This document shows, piece by piece, positions 1 to 14,099 of a stretch of DNA of 64,000 nt. How positions within the stretch are numbered: the stretch's first letter is position 1; each line of letters starts with the position of its first letter. The notes under the pieces were generated by a model. That model ran no database searches and was not told where the DNA came from. It worked only from the letters and a program-made list of their open reading frames with translations. The stretch is from Convolutriloba macropyga (lineage: Eukaryota), in contig NC_134482.1 in NCBI RefSeq assembly GCF_964194025.1, positions 46,996,001 to 47,060,000 on the forward strand, written 5' to 3'. The position numbers were made by a program, and so were the translations under genes.

Positions 1-750
1 CAGTTTCTTAATTTTTGTCTTTTTAGTTTTTCGTCTACTTGTTACCTGGTTTCAATAATGAAACGTGACAAAATACATTATCGGTGTTCTGAAAAAGTGC
101 AATTGAACAATATTTGAGGGCCAAAGTCTGGCTTTACGGCTTTGAAAAAGCTTTCTGGCATAATTTAACTGACTTTTTTTTGTTGTCTGTTTGTTGTTCT
201 TTTTGTAACTGCAAAAAAATTGAATACCAACATTTCTCATTTCCCGTCTCTAAAAAAAACTGGTAGTCATAAACCTATGGGATATTTTAGTTGATTTCTG
301 ATGCTTTTTAGTACTTTGAAATTAATTGTTTAAAAAAAATTGGCGAATTTTTCAGGTTTACCGTTTTGCTCTCTATTGTTTAATACCAAGCCTTATTATG
401 GACTGGTACCATATCTTTTCTGGTGATTTACAAGCTATTTTTTAAATTTTGAGTGTAATTTGACTTTGTTATTAAGTTTGTTTTTTGTGAAACGCACAAA
501 TTTTTTGATGTGATTAAATTTTGTTGTATGATTTTGCTGTTCGAGACTCACTTTCTTAATATGGGCATATCTCATCAATCTAATGCATCATTTTTTACTC
601 CACTGATTTTTTTGCACAGGAGGCTATCTTCGTGTGATACACCAATTTTTTTTTTAAAAAAAACTTGAATTTGTGGGGTTTTCTATCTGTTCCTCATGGA
701 TGAGCGGGGTCGGAACCTTATGTGCCATTGCACATTACCGAGCCACTTTA
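1..750 (+). mobile_element. 3' part of a non-autonomous Helentron/HINE-like element (terminal type H4)
   Basis: Ends in GGGGTCGGAAC plus hairpin ATGTGC-CATT-GCACAT at about 705-745, the same terminus as 6393-6440. The left end is outside the window. Confidence 0.55.
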
Positions 751-2175
751 ATGAAATAAACATTTAAAATAACAAGAAAGCTGGGTAAAGTGCGTTTGCA
801 CATAATTATCTGGCCCCATTTTGCCCATAATTTAACAGAATTAACTACTGTTAAGAAACTGTTGTAAAAAAAATTGTTAGTTCTCGATTTGAAATATAAT
901 ACTGGATATGTCCCCCAAACCAGTCAATAGTACCTAATTTAAAGGAAACGTACAAAAACAAAATGAAATACAATTAATTAAATTGCAATTTCTTGGTCGA
1001 AGCTGAGGCCAGAAATTTGAAATTTTTTGATGCCATTTTCACCAAAATTGTTGGGTAGAAACACATCTAGGACTAATTAGGAAACAGACCAGGAAATATA
1101 TGTAACAATTCAGTGAAAAGTTGCTCAACCAAAAACATTCTGGTTTCTTCTGAACGTGTTATCAACCATTTTGTTGGTTTCAAGGTTTCGAGACAGAGAT
1201 CTAGCACAGAGAATTTGAGACTGCTAAGCTCTATAGACAAAAAATATAATGTAAGTTTTTAATTGCTCTAGGATAAATTTTGGTTCTAACTGTTATTAAA
1301 GAAAAATATTTATTTCATAGATTCGATTTTTTTGAATGAACCTTCATTTTCAAGATTTCTAAAGTTTTGTTGTTATCAAAATACATCTTTCGTTGAAGGA
1401 ATGAGATAGTTGAACCCATTTGTTCAGTTTCCAGCATGGCTCGTAAAATAATGGTTTTTCGGCACGATATTTTTCCAATTTTTTCTTTCTAAATCTACCT
1501 AGTATCTGTATCAAGTCTTAATAACATTTCGATTACGTTCTCGGAAATAACTGACCTCTCCAAAAACCGAAAAACCCTTGTCGGAACAGTGGACAGAAAT
1601 GTTTGATTCCTTCGCCATTACTTGAGAGCATTTTGGGCCAATTTTAACCGACTTTGTTTTTACGTTTTAAACAGGTACTAAACACTTTCGTTTCTCCAAA
1701 AAAACCATTGATTTTAATTGCTTGAATTAAGCTATTTTAGAAAAGACAAAAAAATTGAACTAAGGTCCAAAATTTGTGAACAACAAAATTGTTCGACAAT
1801 TTGAACAGAAAATTTGAGAGTGATCAAAATAGAAAAAAAACAGAATTTTTTTTAATAATTTCCTGAATTCCATACATTAATGCTGGACGTTATCAATAAT
1901 ATTGACATGGATAATCGCGTAAACAGAGTCAGTAAATATCAACTAAAATTTTTAGTACCTTCATTTGATTGCGTCTAACACCAAATGATGTTTTTGACAA
2001 TCCTTAATAATAGTAACTCGAAATAACACTTGCTATAATTTGTCTCAATAGCTTTCCGTTGATTTCATCAACAGCATTCAATTGACTGCATATCAAAAAA
2101 TTTTTAAAAAATCGCAGAATTAACAATATTGGCCAATTGTTCGCAAAAAATGAAGCTATTCTGTATGTTATGATG

Positions 2176-2528
2176 GGTGCTAGGACAATAGATCGAAAGA
2201 CAACAGATCGAAAGCGAAATTGGGACAACAGATCGAAAATTAAATTATTCAAGTTGAGTACTGGCCAATCAGATTTGAGCGCTCATTTATTATACAGCAT
2301 ATAACGTTCTGTTCTAATATTTTGTTCGGTTGTGATAGATTCATATCAAGTCCCACGGGCCGCTAAGGCATGGCCATGGCTCGCGAGGCATAGCCAAAAT
2401 GTGGTAATTATATTGCAGCTCGCAAATAATGCTTAATTTCAACCAATAAGAACAGATTAATTTTCGATCTATTGTCCCAAATTTTCTGTTTTCGATCTGT
2501 TGTCCTTTCGATCTATTGTCCGGTCACC
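2176..2528. mobile_element. MITE with long TIRs and 9-bp TSD (Mutator-like)
   Basis: TIRs GGTGCTAGGACAATAGATCGAAA / TTTCGATCTATTGTCCGGTCACC with internal GACAA(C/T)AGATCGAAA repeats. Flanks are GTTATGATG (2167-2175) and GATATGATG (2529-2537). Confidence 0.75.
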
Positions 2529-3111
2529 GATATGATGAAGCCATGGAAATAGATGACAGAGAAAGCAGTTAACTACTAGAGTAATATCAAAAATATTGAC
2601 ACTAAACTCGTATTTGGAAAATATTTTTTAAAGAGGCAGAATATTTAAATGATGCAAGCAATCTAGAAAATTGCAGCAAATCAATAAATGACTTTTAGCA
2701 AAAAAAAGAAAGAACAAAAAGAATCTCTGGACTCTTATAATTCTTGACGGTTATCTTATCTGAAGCTTTTTGAAGGTCTGATAACAAAATAAAATTTTTT
2801 TATTTTGTTCATTGTTGATTGTTACAAATCGTGTACCACACTCTGAATCAGAAGATTTTAGTGAAATATGTGATCAGAAACAGATATCTGAATCAGTATT
2901 GATCAGAACTGAATCAGTATTGATAAGGCTCTGAATTTCCCTCTGACTAAAAACTGAGCTTGCTTTTCAGTAAAGTACTGGTATTGTCTATCTGTTTATA
3001 AATATACATATTTTAACAATTGTTTTGTTTCAGATGACTATTACGCTCTGTGATCGGCAACGATGGATTTTAACCCGAGATGCAAAAACTGTTGAATACG
3101 CCATTTGCTAA

Positions 3112-6100
3112 TTGTGCCGACCCCACTTGTGGGGGAGGAACTATATACTCAAATGGGTTTTTTTTGTTCAGTCAATTTTGGCCGATCGATATATTCATCG
3201 TAGAGAAATGTAAGTGGTATCATTAAAAAGCTCGTCCAGCGTAGAATTCGAAATTAAAAAGAATTTTTTGAATTTCCGTAATTTTTGAGGAGTTATTGAG
3301 GTTTAAAGTTTTGTGTGAACACGCGATATTTCCATGATTTTGTTCACTTTTAGTGTAATTTTAGTGTAAATTTAGAACTTTTCTTTAAAAAAATTTAATT
3401 CAAAATTATATTTCAGGCTACAATATGCAAGAATATGGTATTACTAATAAACGAAAGACGATAAAAAGGCTAGTTCTGGTCTGATAACGAAGTTTAATAT
3501 CAAAAAAAATCGAATTCAATTCAAGTGCTGTTTTTTTAGAAAACTTTTCCTATCTTTTTTGTTTTTTTAGTCACTCTGAGACTAGTCACTTCTCATATCG
3601 AGGTTCAGTTAATGACAAATGTCATTTACAGTCAAATGATCCCCAATGAACAAAAGTTTCGTTTTCAAGGAATCGCTTATGTTTTTTTGGATTCGACTCT
3701 AAATTTTTGTAATTTTTAATGAAATTTTGATTTTCTTTTTGAGGTTAACTAAATTTTTGAAGTCCTATGGCATAGTCTTGTTGATTAAAAGTGCAAATGG
3801 CTGTTAAGACTTTAAAAAGGATTTTTCGAGAAACTTTTTTAACATTAATCAATCATAAACTTATTTTCGAGAATTCTAAGTCAGTCTCAGTAATGAAAGG
3901 ATCTCTTTTCTTTCTATTGCAATCAACATTAACTTTGTTAGGGGTTTTATTTTCTAATTTTTTGTTATATGACTTCAATGCCACAAGATTTCAAGGAAAA
4001 TTCGTAAAAAATTCGTTTTCAAGAAAATGTTTTCATGTTTTGCTTCGACTCTGAGTTTTCGTAATTTTAATTGAAATTTTGACTTTCATTTTTAGGTTTT
4101 GCAAAGTTTTTGGAGTCCTATGGCATAGACTCATGACTAAAAGTGCAATAGGTTTTGTAAGGAGCATTAAGTGAACCTATCTAGTGCATTAAATGGACAA
4201 CTAATGGCTGTTAAGACTTTCTCAGTATTTACCGTACCCCCTTCCTTCCTAATGCAACCTAAATTAATCTGGTTAGCAGTATTATCTTGTAACTATTGGT
4301 CATTTTCGTATCATTGGTTCTTTTTGAATTTTTATCACATCATCTTAATATTGATAGCTCCAAATGGCTTAGGAAGACGTTCATTGGATCATAGATAAAG
4401 ATTTCAGGGAAAGCGTATTGTGTAATTGGCTTCGGCACTTTCCTCTCGCACTTTTCTACTGATTTTTCGGTTTTTGCATATATATATATTGTTGTTTTCA
4501 TAGTCGTAAGACTTATTGGGATGTCTTATTGATTAGGTATGCTTGACAAACATCTTTCTCCTCCCATCAAGGCGTAACTGAGCGTATTTATTGACATCCA
4601 TTAAAAGCTATTGAGTTTAATGGCTGTCAAGACTTTAAAATTACTTTTTCAAAAATTTTTTACATTTAACAATCGTAAACTTATTTTCTTGAATTGTAAG
4701 TCAGTCTCAGTATTATCAGGTCTCTTTTCTTTTCTACTCCAGCCAAAATTTGTTTAGTTAGCGTTTGTATCTTCAATCTATTGGTTTTATGATTTCCATG
4801 CACGAGTTTTCATAATTTTTTAAAAATTTGTATATATTTTTTTCGTAATCCTGGTTCCTTTTGAAATCTTAATACATTATCTTAATATTGTTAGCTCCCG
4901 TTAGTTTAGAGAATAGTGATAGTGGATCATAGATAATGTTTTCAGAGAAAGACTTATGGTTTAATTGGCTCCGACACTTTCTTCTCGCACTTCTCTCTTG
5001 AAATTGTGGATTTTGACTGTATTTGTTGTCCTTTTCATAGTCTGTGATTTGTTGTAATGTCTTTTTGGATGACAAACATCGTTGTCGTTGCATCGAGGCA
5101 TAGTCTAGCATGTTTATTTGCTTCCGTTGAAATCTATTGAATTCTATGGCGTTGATACTACGGGTTTTCTCAAAAGTTTCCTGGTTTTAATGTATTTGTT
5201 CGTATTTGTTGATTTTTTGATGTCATATTGTTAGAAAAGAAGAATTTCCTTGCTGCTGAAGAATAAATTGATATTGGAAAGTTTTTTACTTAAACGTCCA
5301 GTTTTTTAATGGCTTTTCACTCGACACTTTCACTCGACACTCAATTTTTTTTAATTTGCTGTTTTTGCCTGTTCTTTATTGTTTATGTAGCCGTAAAATG
5401 CTGGCTTATCTCATAAGCTTGTAATTAAACACTAACTGAATTGTGTTACTCAAAGCAGTCAGTTTATAGCGAATAGTCATAAAGTTCTTGATATTATTCT
5501 TTTTCAGAAGTTTATCTATTTTTTTATCTTTTGTTGTTCTTTTCGTCAACTTGTAATTTATTATCACCAAGAGGTCCCATACAATTCCTGGTATTTTAGA
5601 AGTTAACGTGCTTATTGGTATTGTGACGTAACTGTTTTTTTTGTAGGACAATATGTATGGGATCACCAAGAGGTCCCATACAATTCCTGGTATTTTTGAA
5701 GTTAACGTGCTTATTGGTATTGTGACGTAACTGTTTTTTTTTTGTAGGACAATATGCGTTTTAATAAAAAGTTATGTGAGTGACGTATTTGTTTCTTTTT
5801 CTCTTCCTTTAGCACAATCGCGTAATAACAGATCCAAATAATTTTCAAATGTGGTCCAAATGAACTTTTAGTTTAATCAGTTTAATTTTAGCTGAATTAG
5901 TATAAATAAAAACTGAAATAAAAATACATAATATTCAGATAATAGCTAATGATTTTATTATAAGCTAAGGATTTTTTGAGACTTTTGAAATTACCTGGTT
6001 TAAAAAATGTTGATCGATTTTTGAACTTTGCCTTGTTATTTCTTCTCTTTGTCGACTTGTTACCTAGTCTCATTATGGAAAGTTTTCATCTGCTGTATAG

Positions 6101-6442
6101 TTAGGAAATAATAACGTTGTGAAGTTAAGGTTTTATCTGATTGCATTTTGACCGTGTTACTGGGTGCTTTTAAGTTTAGATATTGAGTTTTTGCCTTGAA
6201 ATTCTTGTTTTTGCTTCTTTTTATGTTTGTTTTTTTTCTCATAGTCTTTTTAATGCAGAACTCGTGAGTGTTGTAATGGGGCACGGCATTATGTAATTCA
6301 ATAAGTAGTTAGGTTTTGTAACGATTTTTTTATTTCAATTATCTGTTTTTATCTGTTCATTTGGTTGACAATTAAGTCAAAAATGTAGATGAGCTCGGGT
6401 CGGAACATCATGTGCGAACGCACATTAACGAGCCTCCTTGTT
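3112..6442 (+). mobile_element. Non-autonomous Helentron/HINE-like element (type H4) with internal degenerate tandem repeats
   Basis: Left end GTGCCGACCCC-ACTTGT-GGGGGAGGAAC. Right end GGGTCGGAAC (inverted partner), hairpin ATGTGC-GAAC-GCACAT and ...CCTTGTT tail, as in DINE-1. Internal repeats at 3.66-5.15 kb. Confidence 0.6.
5564..5756. repeat. Near-perfect 99-bp tandem duplication
   Basis: TCACCAAGAGGTCCCATACAATTCC...GTAGGACAATATG at 5564 and 5663. Confidence 0.9.
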
Positions 6443-6635
6443 GATGATTTATAGACAACAAGTATATTCAATCATTTCTAATAACCAGAACTATTATTTA
6501 CAATGCATACTAAGTAGTACAATGCTTTTGAAGTAAATTTACCTGAAAAAAACTGGTTTAAATATTTAAATGGTTAATCAACATCGTTTCTGAATTCGAA
6601 GAACCATTAGAGAAACTGAAAATTCGTACTGAAAT

Positions 6636-7060
6636 TTTTCTGAATCAGTACAGAAATTGAGAATAATGTTCTGAATCAGTACTAAAATTTGATTAAAAAA
6701 TGTTCTGAATCAGTACTAAAATTTGATTAAAAAATGTTCTGAATCAGTACTAAAATTTGATTAAAAAATGTTCTGAATCAGTACTAAAATTTGATTAAAA
6801 AATGTTCTGAATCAGTACTGAAAGTTGATAAAAATGTTCTGAATCAGTACTAAAATTTGATTAAAAAATGTTCTGAATCAGTACTAAAATTTGATTAAAA
6901 AATGTTCTGAATCAGTACTAAAATTTGATTAAAAAATGTTCTGAATCAGTACTGAAAGTTGATAAAAATGTTCTGAATCAGTACTGAAATTTGATTAAAA
7001 AAATGTTCGGAATCAGTACAGAAAGTTGATAAAAATGTTCTGAATCAGTGATCAAAGCTG
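6636..7060. repeat. Minisatellite, about 33-36-bp unit AATGTTCTGAATCAGTACTAAAATTTGATTAAA
   Basis: About 12 consecutive copies with two variant types. Related CTGAATCAG units occur at 2840-2930. Confidence 0.9.
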
Positions 7061-7589
7061 ATGAAAATGTTCAGTACTGATGCTGGCTGAATGTTAGCAG
7101 ATACAGTAATGTTCTTAGGCTGAGATGTGCTTTTATCCTTAGACAAATGAATAAAGCTCTGTGATAAGTCTGGTCATTAACGAACTAAAACTGGTCATGG
7201 CTGACTACTGTCTGGACAAATTCTTATCATCAACGAGTTAAAATCTGACCATCACCGCACTTTTTAAGCCTAGTCAATATAATTACCGATATGCCAGAAA
7301 TTGTTTTCAAGAAGAGGTTTCTGTTGTGATTTTTTTTAAAAATGACACCGGCTGGCTTCAAAAAAGGGCTCCCAACAAGGAGTTAATTGCAAAGAGATAG
7401 CACCTTTGCGCTCAAAAAAGTTCTCCACTACGTCTTTCCACTTTCGACGAGGTCTGAGGAGTTCACTAGAATACGCAAATAGCTTAAGAAAATAAATGCA
7501 AATTAATTCCTTAACTAAAACAAAATCTCAATATCTCAAAATGAGTAAAAACATTAAAAAAGAAGTACTAAACAATCTGAAAACTTATA

Positions 7590-8275
7590 ATGAGAACGCA
7601 ATGAGCTGAAAGCTCAAAATGAGTATGCAACGAGCTGAAACCATTAAAAAGGTACGCAATGAGCAGAAAATTAATAAAAAAAAAACGCAACGAGATGAAA
7701 ACTTAAAACGAGTACGCAATGGGATGGAAGCTTAAAAAACAATATTCTGAAAATTTAGAATAATTACGCAACGACGCGAAACCATGAAAAGGAGTACCCA
7801 ATGCGCTGAAAAAATAAAACACGTACGCAATGAGCGGAAAGCATAAAACCAGTACGCAACAAGCTGAAACAATGAAAAGAGTCCGCAATGATGTGAAAAT
7901 TTAAAAGTGATACGGAATGAACTGAAGATTCAAAACGAGTACGCTATGAGTTGAAAACATAAAACAACAACACAATGAGCTGAAAACTTAAAACAAGTAC
8001 GCCATGAGCTGAAAACTTAAAACAAGTACGCCATGAGCTGAAACCAAAAACGAGTACGCAGTAAGTTGAAAAATTAAAGCGAGTGCACAACAAGCTGAAA
8101 GCTTATAAAGAGTATAAATTGAGCTGAAAACTTGAAAACGAATATGCAACGGGATGAAAGCTTGAAACCAGTACCAAGCTTAAAAATAGAACGCAATGCG
8201 CTGAAAATTTGAAGGGATTACGGAATGAGCTGAAGACATAATACGAGTACGCAATGAGCTGAGAACATAAAACCA
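7590..8275. repeat. Degenerate minisatellite, about 30-31-bp unit GAGTACGCAATGAGCTGAAA(A/G)CTTAAAA
   Basis: About 20 divergent tandem units. Confidence 0.85.
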
Positions 8276-10657
8276 ATTTTAGGAAACTTTTCCTCATTCA
8301 ATATTTTTAATTTTTTTTTCACGCTAAAGTAGACGGCCCAAAACCAATTAGAATTGCACTATTACCAAATATATTAACAGAAGCTGTATATTATGCAGCT
8401 ACCTTTTGAATGAAGACTGGGGAACTACTGCATTTTGGATTGAATGGTCAATTGAAAAATGTTGCTGAAACATTATAAAAAATTTATTTTTAAGAAACAA
8501 AAAGAGATCCTATGCAAATTCATTTTTTAGTTTTTGGGGAGCTAGATTAAATTTTACGATTTCCACTTTATTGGTTACCTTTCTTTTGAACGTGATCAAA
8601 CTGCTTATAATTGATAACATTGATTCGGCCTGTTTTTCTAAAGGTTCTAAATTATTTCATAACTTCGATATGCTCTAGATTAATTAACAATTCAAAATTT
8701 TCGTCGTAACGTTGTTACTTCCATACGGAAACAAATATTTTATTTTAAGAACTAACGTCAATTTTGAGAAACATGTAAAAATAAATTCCACTTATTTGCC
8801 TTTGTCACGACAATCAAGCATTTATAAAATCAGACATCGTGATTGAAAAATATCCGTATATGACATCCAAAATCAAAAACCTTATAATTTTTCCAGTAAC
8901 AATTTTAACAGAAAATTCTGAAAATCTATTCTTCTAAATCATCAGAACTTTTTGTAAACACTCCGGATGATTTATCAATCAATAATTTCAAAAGTTGTAT
9001 AGCAAAAAAAACGGTTGACGGTTTTAAGGGGCACTCAGAACATTCAATGACCTCTAAATTGGATCCTTACCCTCTGCTCTGGTTAGTTTTGTAGTCTAAT
9101 GACTATTTTTTGCCCTTTATGATATAAGAAAATGTGCTGATCAGACTTACTAATGTTTTTGTACGCCATGAGTGAAAAGCTTAAAAAGCAGTACGCAACG
9201 AGCTTAAAATTTAAAGAGAGTACGCAATGAATTCAAACCATAAATAGAGTACACAATGAGCTCAAAATTTAAAACGAGTACGCCATGAGCGGAAAGCATA
9301 AAACCAGTACGCAACAAGTTGAAACAACGAAAAGATTACGCATTGATGTGAAAATTTAAAAGGGATACGGAATGAGCTGAAGATTTAAAAAGAGTACGCT
9401 ATGAGTTGAAAACATAAAACAACAACACAATGAGCTGAAAAATTAAAACAAGTACGCCATCAGTGGAAAGCTTAAAACAATCACGCAGTGAGCTGAAAGC
9501 TTAAAAAGAGTACGCAACGAGCTGAAACCAAAAACGAGTACGCAGTAAGTTGAAAAATTAAAGCGAGTGCACAAACAAGCTGAAAGCTTATAAAGAGTAT
9601 AAATTGAGCTGAAAACTTAAAAACGAATAGGCAACGGGCTGAAAGCTTGAAACCAGTACCAAGCTTAAAAATAGAACGCAATGCGCTGAAAATTTGAAGG
9701 GATTACGGAATGAGCTGAAGACGTAATACAAATACGCAATGAGCAGAAAACATAAAACCAGTTTTAAGAAAATTTTTGCTCATTCAATGTTTTTAATTTT
9801 GTTTTTTTTTCAAGCTTAAGTAGACAGCCAAAAACATTTAGAATTGTACTATTACCGAATATAGTAACAAAAGCTGTATGTCATGCAGATATCTATTGAA
9901 TGAAGACTGGGGAACTACTGCATTTTGGACTGAATGGTCAAATGAAAAATATTGCTGAAACATTATAAAAATTGTATTTCTAAGAAACGAAAATAGATCC
10001 TATGCAAATTCAGTTTTTTAGTTTTTTGGGGAGCTAAATTAAGTTTTACGATTTCCACTTTATTGTTTGCCCTCTTTTTGAACGTGATCAAACTGCTTAT
10101 AATCGATAACATTCATTCGGCCTGTTTTTTCTAAAAGGTTCTGCATTAGTTCATAACTTCGATTTGCTCTAGATTATTTAACAATTCAAAATTTTCATCA
10201 TAAACGTTGTTAGTTCCATACGAAAACGAATATTTTGTTTTAAGAACTAACGTCAATTTTGAGAAACATGTGAAAATAAATTCCACTAATTTGCCTTTGT
10301 CACGACAATCAAGCATTTATAAAATCAGACATTGTGATTGAAAAATATCCGTATATGACAACCAAAATTAAAAACCTTATAATTTTTTCCATAACAATTT
10401 TAAGAGAAAATTCTAAAAATCTTTTCTTCCAAATCATCAGAACTTTTTGTAAACACTCTGGATGATTTATCAATCAATAATTTCAAAAGTTCTATAGCAA
10501 AAAAAACCGTTGACGGTTTTAAGGGGCACTGAGAACATTCAATGACACCTAAATTGGATCCTTACCCTCTGCTCTGGTTATTTTTGTGGTCTAATGACTA
10601 TTATTTGCCCTTTATGATATAACAAAATGTGCTGATCAAACTTACTAATGTTTTTGT
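7815..10657. repeat. About 1.5-kb tandem segmental duplication (satellite block plus unique flank)
   Basis: 8270-9162 matches 9757-10657 (both end ...CTTACTAATGTTTTTGT). The monomer order at 7820-8270 is repeated at 9277-9757. Confidence 0.85.
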
Positions 10658-12507
10658 TGAGGACAGAGTAACATTTGTTTTTTATATCGCTTAGTTGGCT
10701 CAAAATGCAAATTGAATAAACTTTGAATTTCTTTCAGAATGTCTTATTTTCTCGTACGTCATAATTGACAGTTATCAGTTTTGGTTCGGCTGGCTCTTTC
10801 CATTTCTTTTTGTTGGACTGTACGGCATGTAGTAGGCAAATTGTTAGAACTAATTCTAGATGTTCAATTCTGAAATAGGTCTAAAAATTTTTTCAATTTA
10901 TTTGTACTATGCCTACTTGAACTAAACTCAACCACTGAAAACAACTTATCGTATATTATGTACGAAATTATCAACTATCAGCAAGTAAAAATTGATCAAT
11001 ATAGTTGATGGTTCCGTTCTACAGTTGGCTATTATATCGTAACTCAACTTAAACAAAACTTGTATTATCCTTAATATGATGAAGAGACATCAAAAACATT
11101 TATCATTTTCTCGTGATTTTTTTTGTTTGAAACGGACCAAACTGTCGTGGATTTTACGCTCACAAAAAAAATTCTTAAACAGCAAGCAACATAGAGCATC
11201 CTATATAAAACAAAAAAATGTGATATTGAATTTTCAAACTAAAAATGAGCTCTAATAAGACAATGGTATCAAGTTTATGAACCATAGAATATGCATGATT
11301 TAGAAAAAACAACAAAAAGTGAAAGTTTATCTAGAAAGAACTTCTATAGAACATTTTAAAATCGACCATAAAAAACAAATGCAAAATTGAAGAACTAAAT
11401 TTGATTAATTTTACTATCAATTATGAGCATCTGATTAGAATTTTGTTGCCGAGGAATTAACATATAATTTGCGATTGAGTTTCAATTTTTACTTCACTTT
11501 TGATCAATTGTCAAAATGAGTAATCATGCGCCCTGCGCGGCTGCTTCAGTTTCGAAGTCTTTTCTGAGTTTGACTGCCGTCCGATGTACTGAATCGGTGC
11601 TTCTTGGATTTCCAAAGCTACCTGACGCCCCGTTGTCGCTCTTGTCAGTCTTGACAATTCAACCAATAGACCAAATTTCTGGCGTGTAGTCTTTACGTAG
11701 ACCAAACAAAGCTATTTTTCTTCAGATCAACTTTAAATTGCTCTCAATTGATTCGATTGTTGAGCTCAGATACAAATCGTTTGGAGCCCCTAAGATATAA
11801 TAATAAAACGTTTGGTTGATATCACTCCGTAATGCTAGCTGGAAACATCTTTTCTTTTAGTTTTTCGTGTTAAAAACAATTATCGCCTATAGCAAATATT
11901 TTAAAAAATATGGGTAAACGTTTACTCCTGATCAAATCTTTTATACAGGAAAAAAATTTGACAATAGTCTGATTTTGTATCAGCACATAAGATTTTACTA
12001 GCCGGACCGATTCAACAGGTCACTTTTTCGAAAGAAGGGTTTATTCGCATGTCATGTTCTCAATTTTCTTTGATCGATGTTAAGTTCATTTTTTGCCGTT
12101 AAAGCACTCTGAAATTTGGCAGTACAGTAGAGATAAAACAGTCTATGCTAAGAAAAAAATTTCATCATATGCTGCGACAAAAATTTATCTTTAATCTTTG
12201 GCATTGTTTCAAACTATAATGAATTTCGATCTATTTCAACAAAATATGGCAAAGTTACGCAAAGTGATGAGCTAATTCACTAACTGTTTTCAATACCGGG
12301 ATGAAGTTTCTATGATCTATTTGAATTTTTCACCTCGTTGTTTGACAAAAATTATAGAAGCCAATTTTGTAACGTCAACACCAAACTGAAGTCAAAAATT
12401 GGAAGTGAGTCCTAGTGAATATATGATTTCACTTCATGAAAAATTTATTTTTTTCACAGTGCTCAAGTGATTATAGCTTTGAGATATGTTCCTGCGCAAA
12501 TGACAGT

Positions 12508-12892
12508 GGCCCGCAATTATGAGGATCAATTTTGAAAACTTTCAGAAGCCTAGCGCTTACAATTTTCTACTCTAGCAGCAGTGAAAAATGGTTTTGCTAA
12601 GGCCAGCCAATCTAGGCAGTTAATCCAGCTATCAATTGGTTGAAATCATTACATTACGGATTGCATCACATCGATAGATATTTTAAATTCACATCCTATC
12701 TAGGCAACTGAAATATGTCACCATTACAATCAATATATTCCGTAATGATTTCAATCAAATTTTAGCTGGATTAACTGGCTGTAAAGCTTGGGTCTGCTTT
12801 CTAGCAAACCTATTTTCAATGCTGTTAGAGGAGACAATTAAAACCACTTGAATCACGAAAAGTTTCTAAGCTGATCTTTAAATTTCGGGTCT
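12508..12892. mobile_element. Diverged foldback MITE (long inverted arms)
   Basis: TAATCCAGCTATCAATTGGTTGAAATCATTAC (12621) is inverted relative to GTAATGATTTCAATCAAATTTTAGCTGGATTA (12742). Symmetry extends outward about 110 bp with mismatches. Confidence 0.65.
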
Positions 12893-14099
12893 TCAAATTT
12901 CAATGCCTTTTTATTAACTTTTTTCTTTTCTTTTGAATTTTAGTGGCTGTTTATAATTCTCCTCCACTTAGCGCGCAAGGTAACATGTTTTTCAATCAGT
13001 TGTTTTTTGGCGTTCCGAACCTTAACGTTTTGAAGATAAAAAAATTTTCACAACTCACGCCAAATTTGCCTTAAAATGGCTTATAAGACTTTAAAACTGG
13101 CGATATCCTAAATCAAAACTGCACAACAATGGAGCACAAAAAGCATCATAGAGGGTCTGTATGGGCTAGAGGTACTAGTGACTGACAAAAGACGAGGCCT
13201 TAACGAAAAGGGAAGAAGTCTGGTCTGAAATCAGTATCAGGAGGATTATAGGTCAAATTGTGTAGTGAAAATTTGGGAAAAAAGTGGGACAAGCGCATTG
13301 AAGGAACAAAGAGACAAAAGGATTTCTTATAATATTAAACGGATCTTAGAAAATATAAGTCCCGGAAAACAAAAAATACATATTTCTACAATACGGAGGA
13401 AAAATCAGCCTTCAATTTAAGGGCAAACTAGAAAGATCATAAGTTTCGGTTAATCTGATTTTCAATTTGCGAGAACTGCTCAATTATTTATCTGCCGTCA
13501 CTTAAATCGCCCCTTGAAAACAACCCAACATTTCTCATGATTTATGATATAAATAATTGTAGTGGACTTAATTTCACGCATGGTTGGCAAACTTGCCAGT
13601 AATCAATTTTCGAGCATCAACGGAACCATCCCACTTTGGGACAACATTCGGCTTTGTGAATTGACACCTTACAAGCCTTCGATTACAAAACTATCGCTAT
13701 CCTGAGAGTAGAAGGGCATGAATTGGGGGGACTTGCAAGTATGTCTGTGCAAACCAGCCAGCACCCAGGCCTAGGCCTGGACTTATCAAAAGACTTTAAA
13801 AGTCTAGTGGGGGTTGCAATATTGACTATAATCACACGGCCGAGCTTCCTAGTTAAAGTCGAGCTAATATCTTTTCAGGCTACAAGCTCACCAATTGAAA
13901 AAGCTGGCTATTGGCAGTAAAAAGAATCATGCAACTAACATGTTGTATCGAAAACAAAGTTTCGAGTATTTTTCATTTTGATCTTATCGCTGTATCAAAG
14001 AGCTGAAAAAAACTTTCTGAAAAGAAAAAAGAACTAATAAGATCCATTCAATTCAATTTTCTCTTACTTTTTCTTTGAAAAACGCAACAAGAGAAATTA

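Noticed and set aside
3034-3111. Acceptor followed by an ATG short ORF as a host exon
   Set aside because: Only 25 codons, with no donor or compatible partner exon found.
6636-7060. Regular 35-bp repeats as a CRISPR array
   Set aside because: Units are contiguous with no unique spacers, there are no cas genes, and the context is eukaryotic.
7590-9760. 31-bp repeats as a CRISPR array or repeat-coded protein (ORFs 7703, 8103, 9481)
   Set aside because: Degenerate minisatellite with indels. The ORFs are by-products of the repeat.
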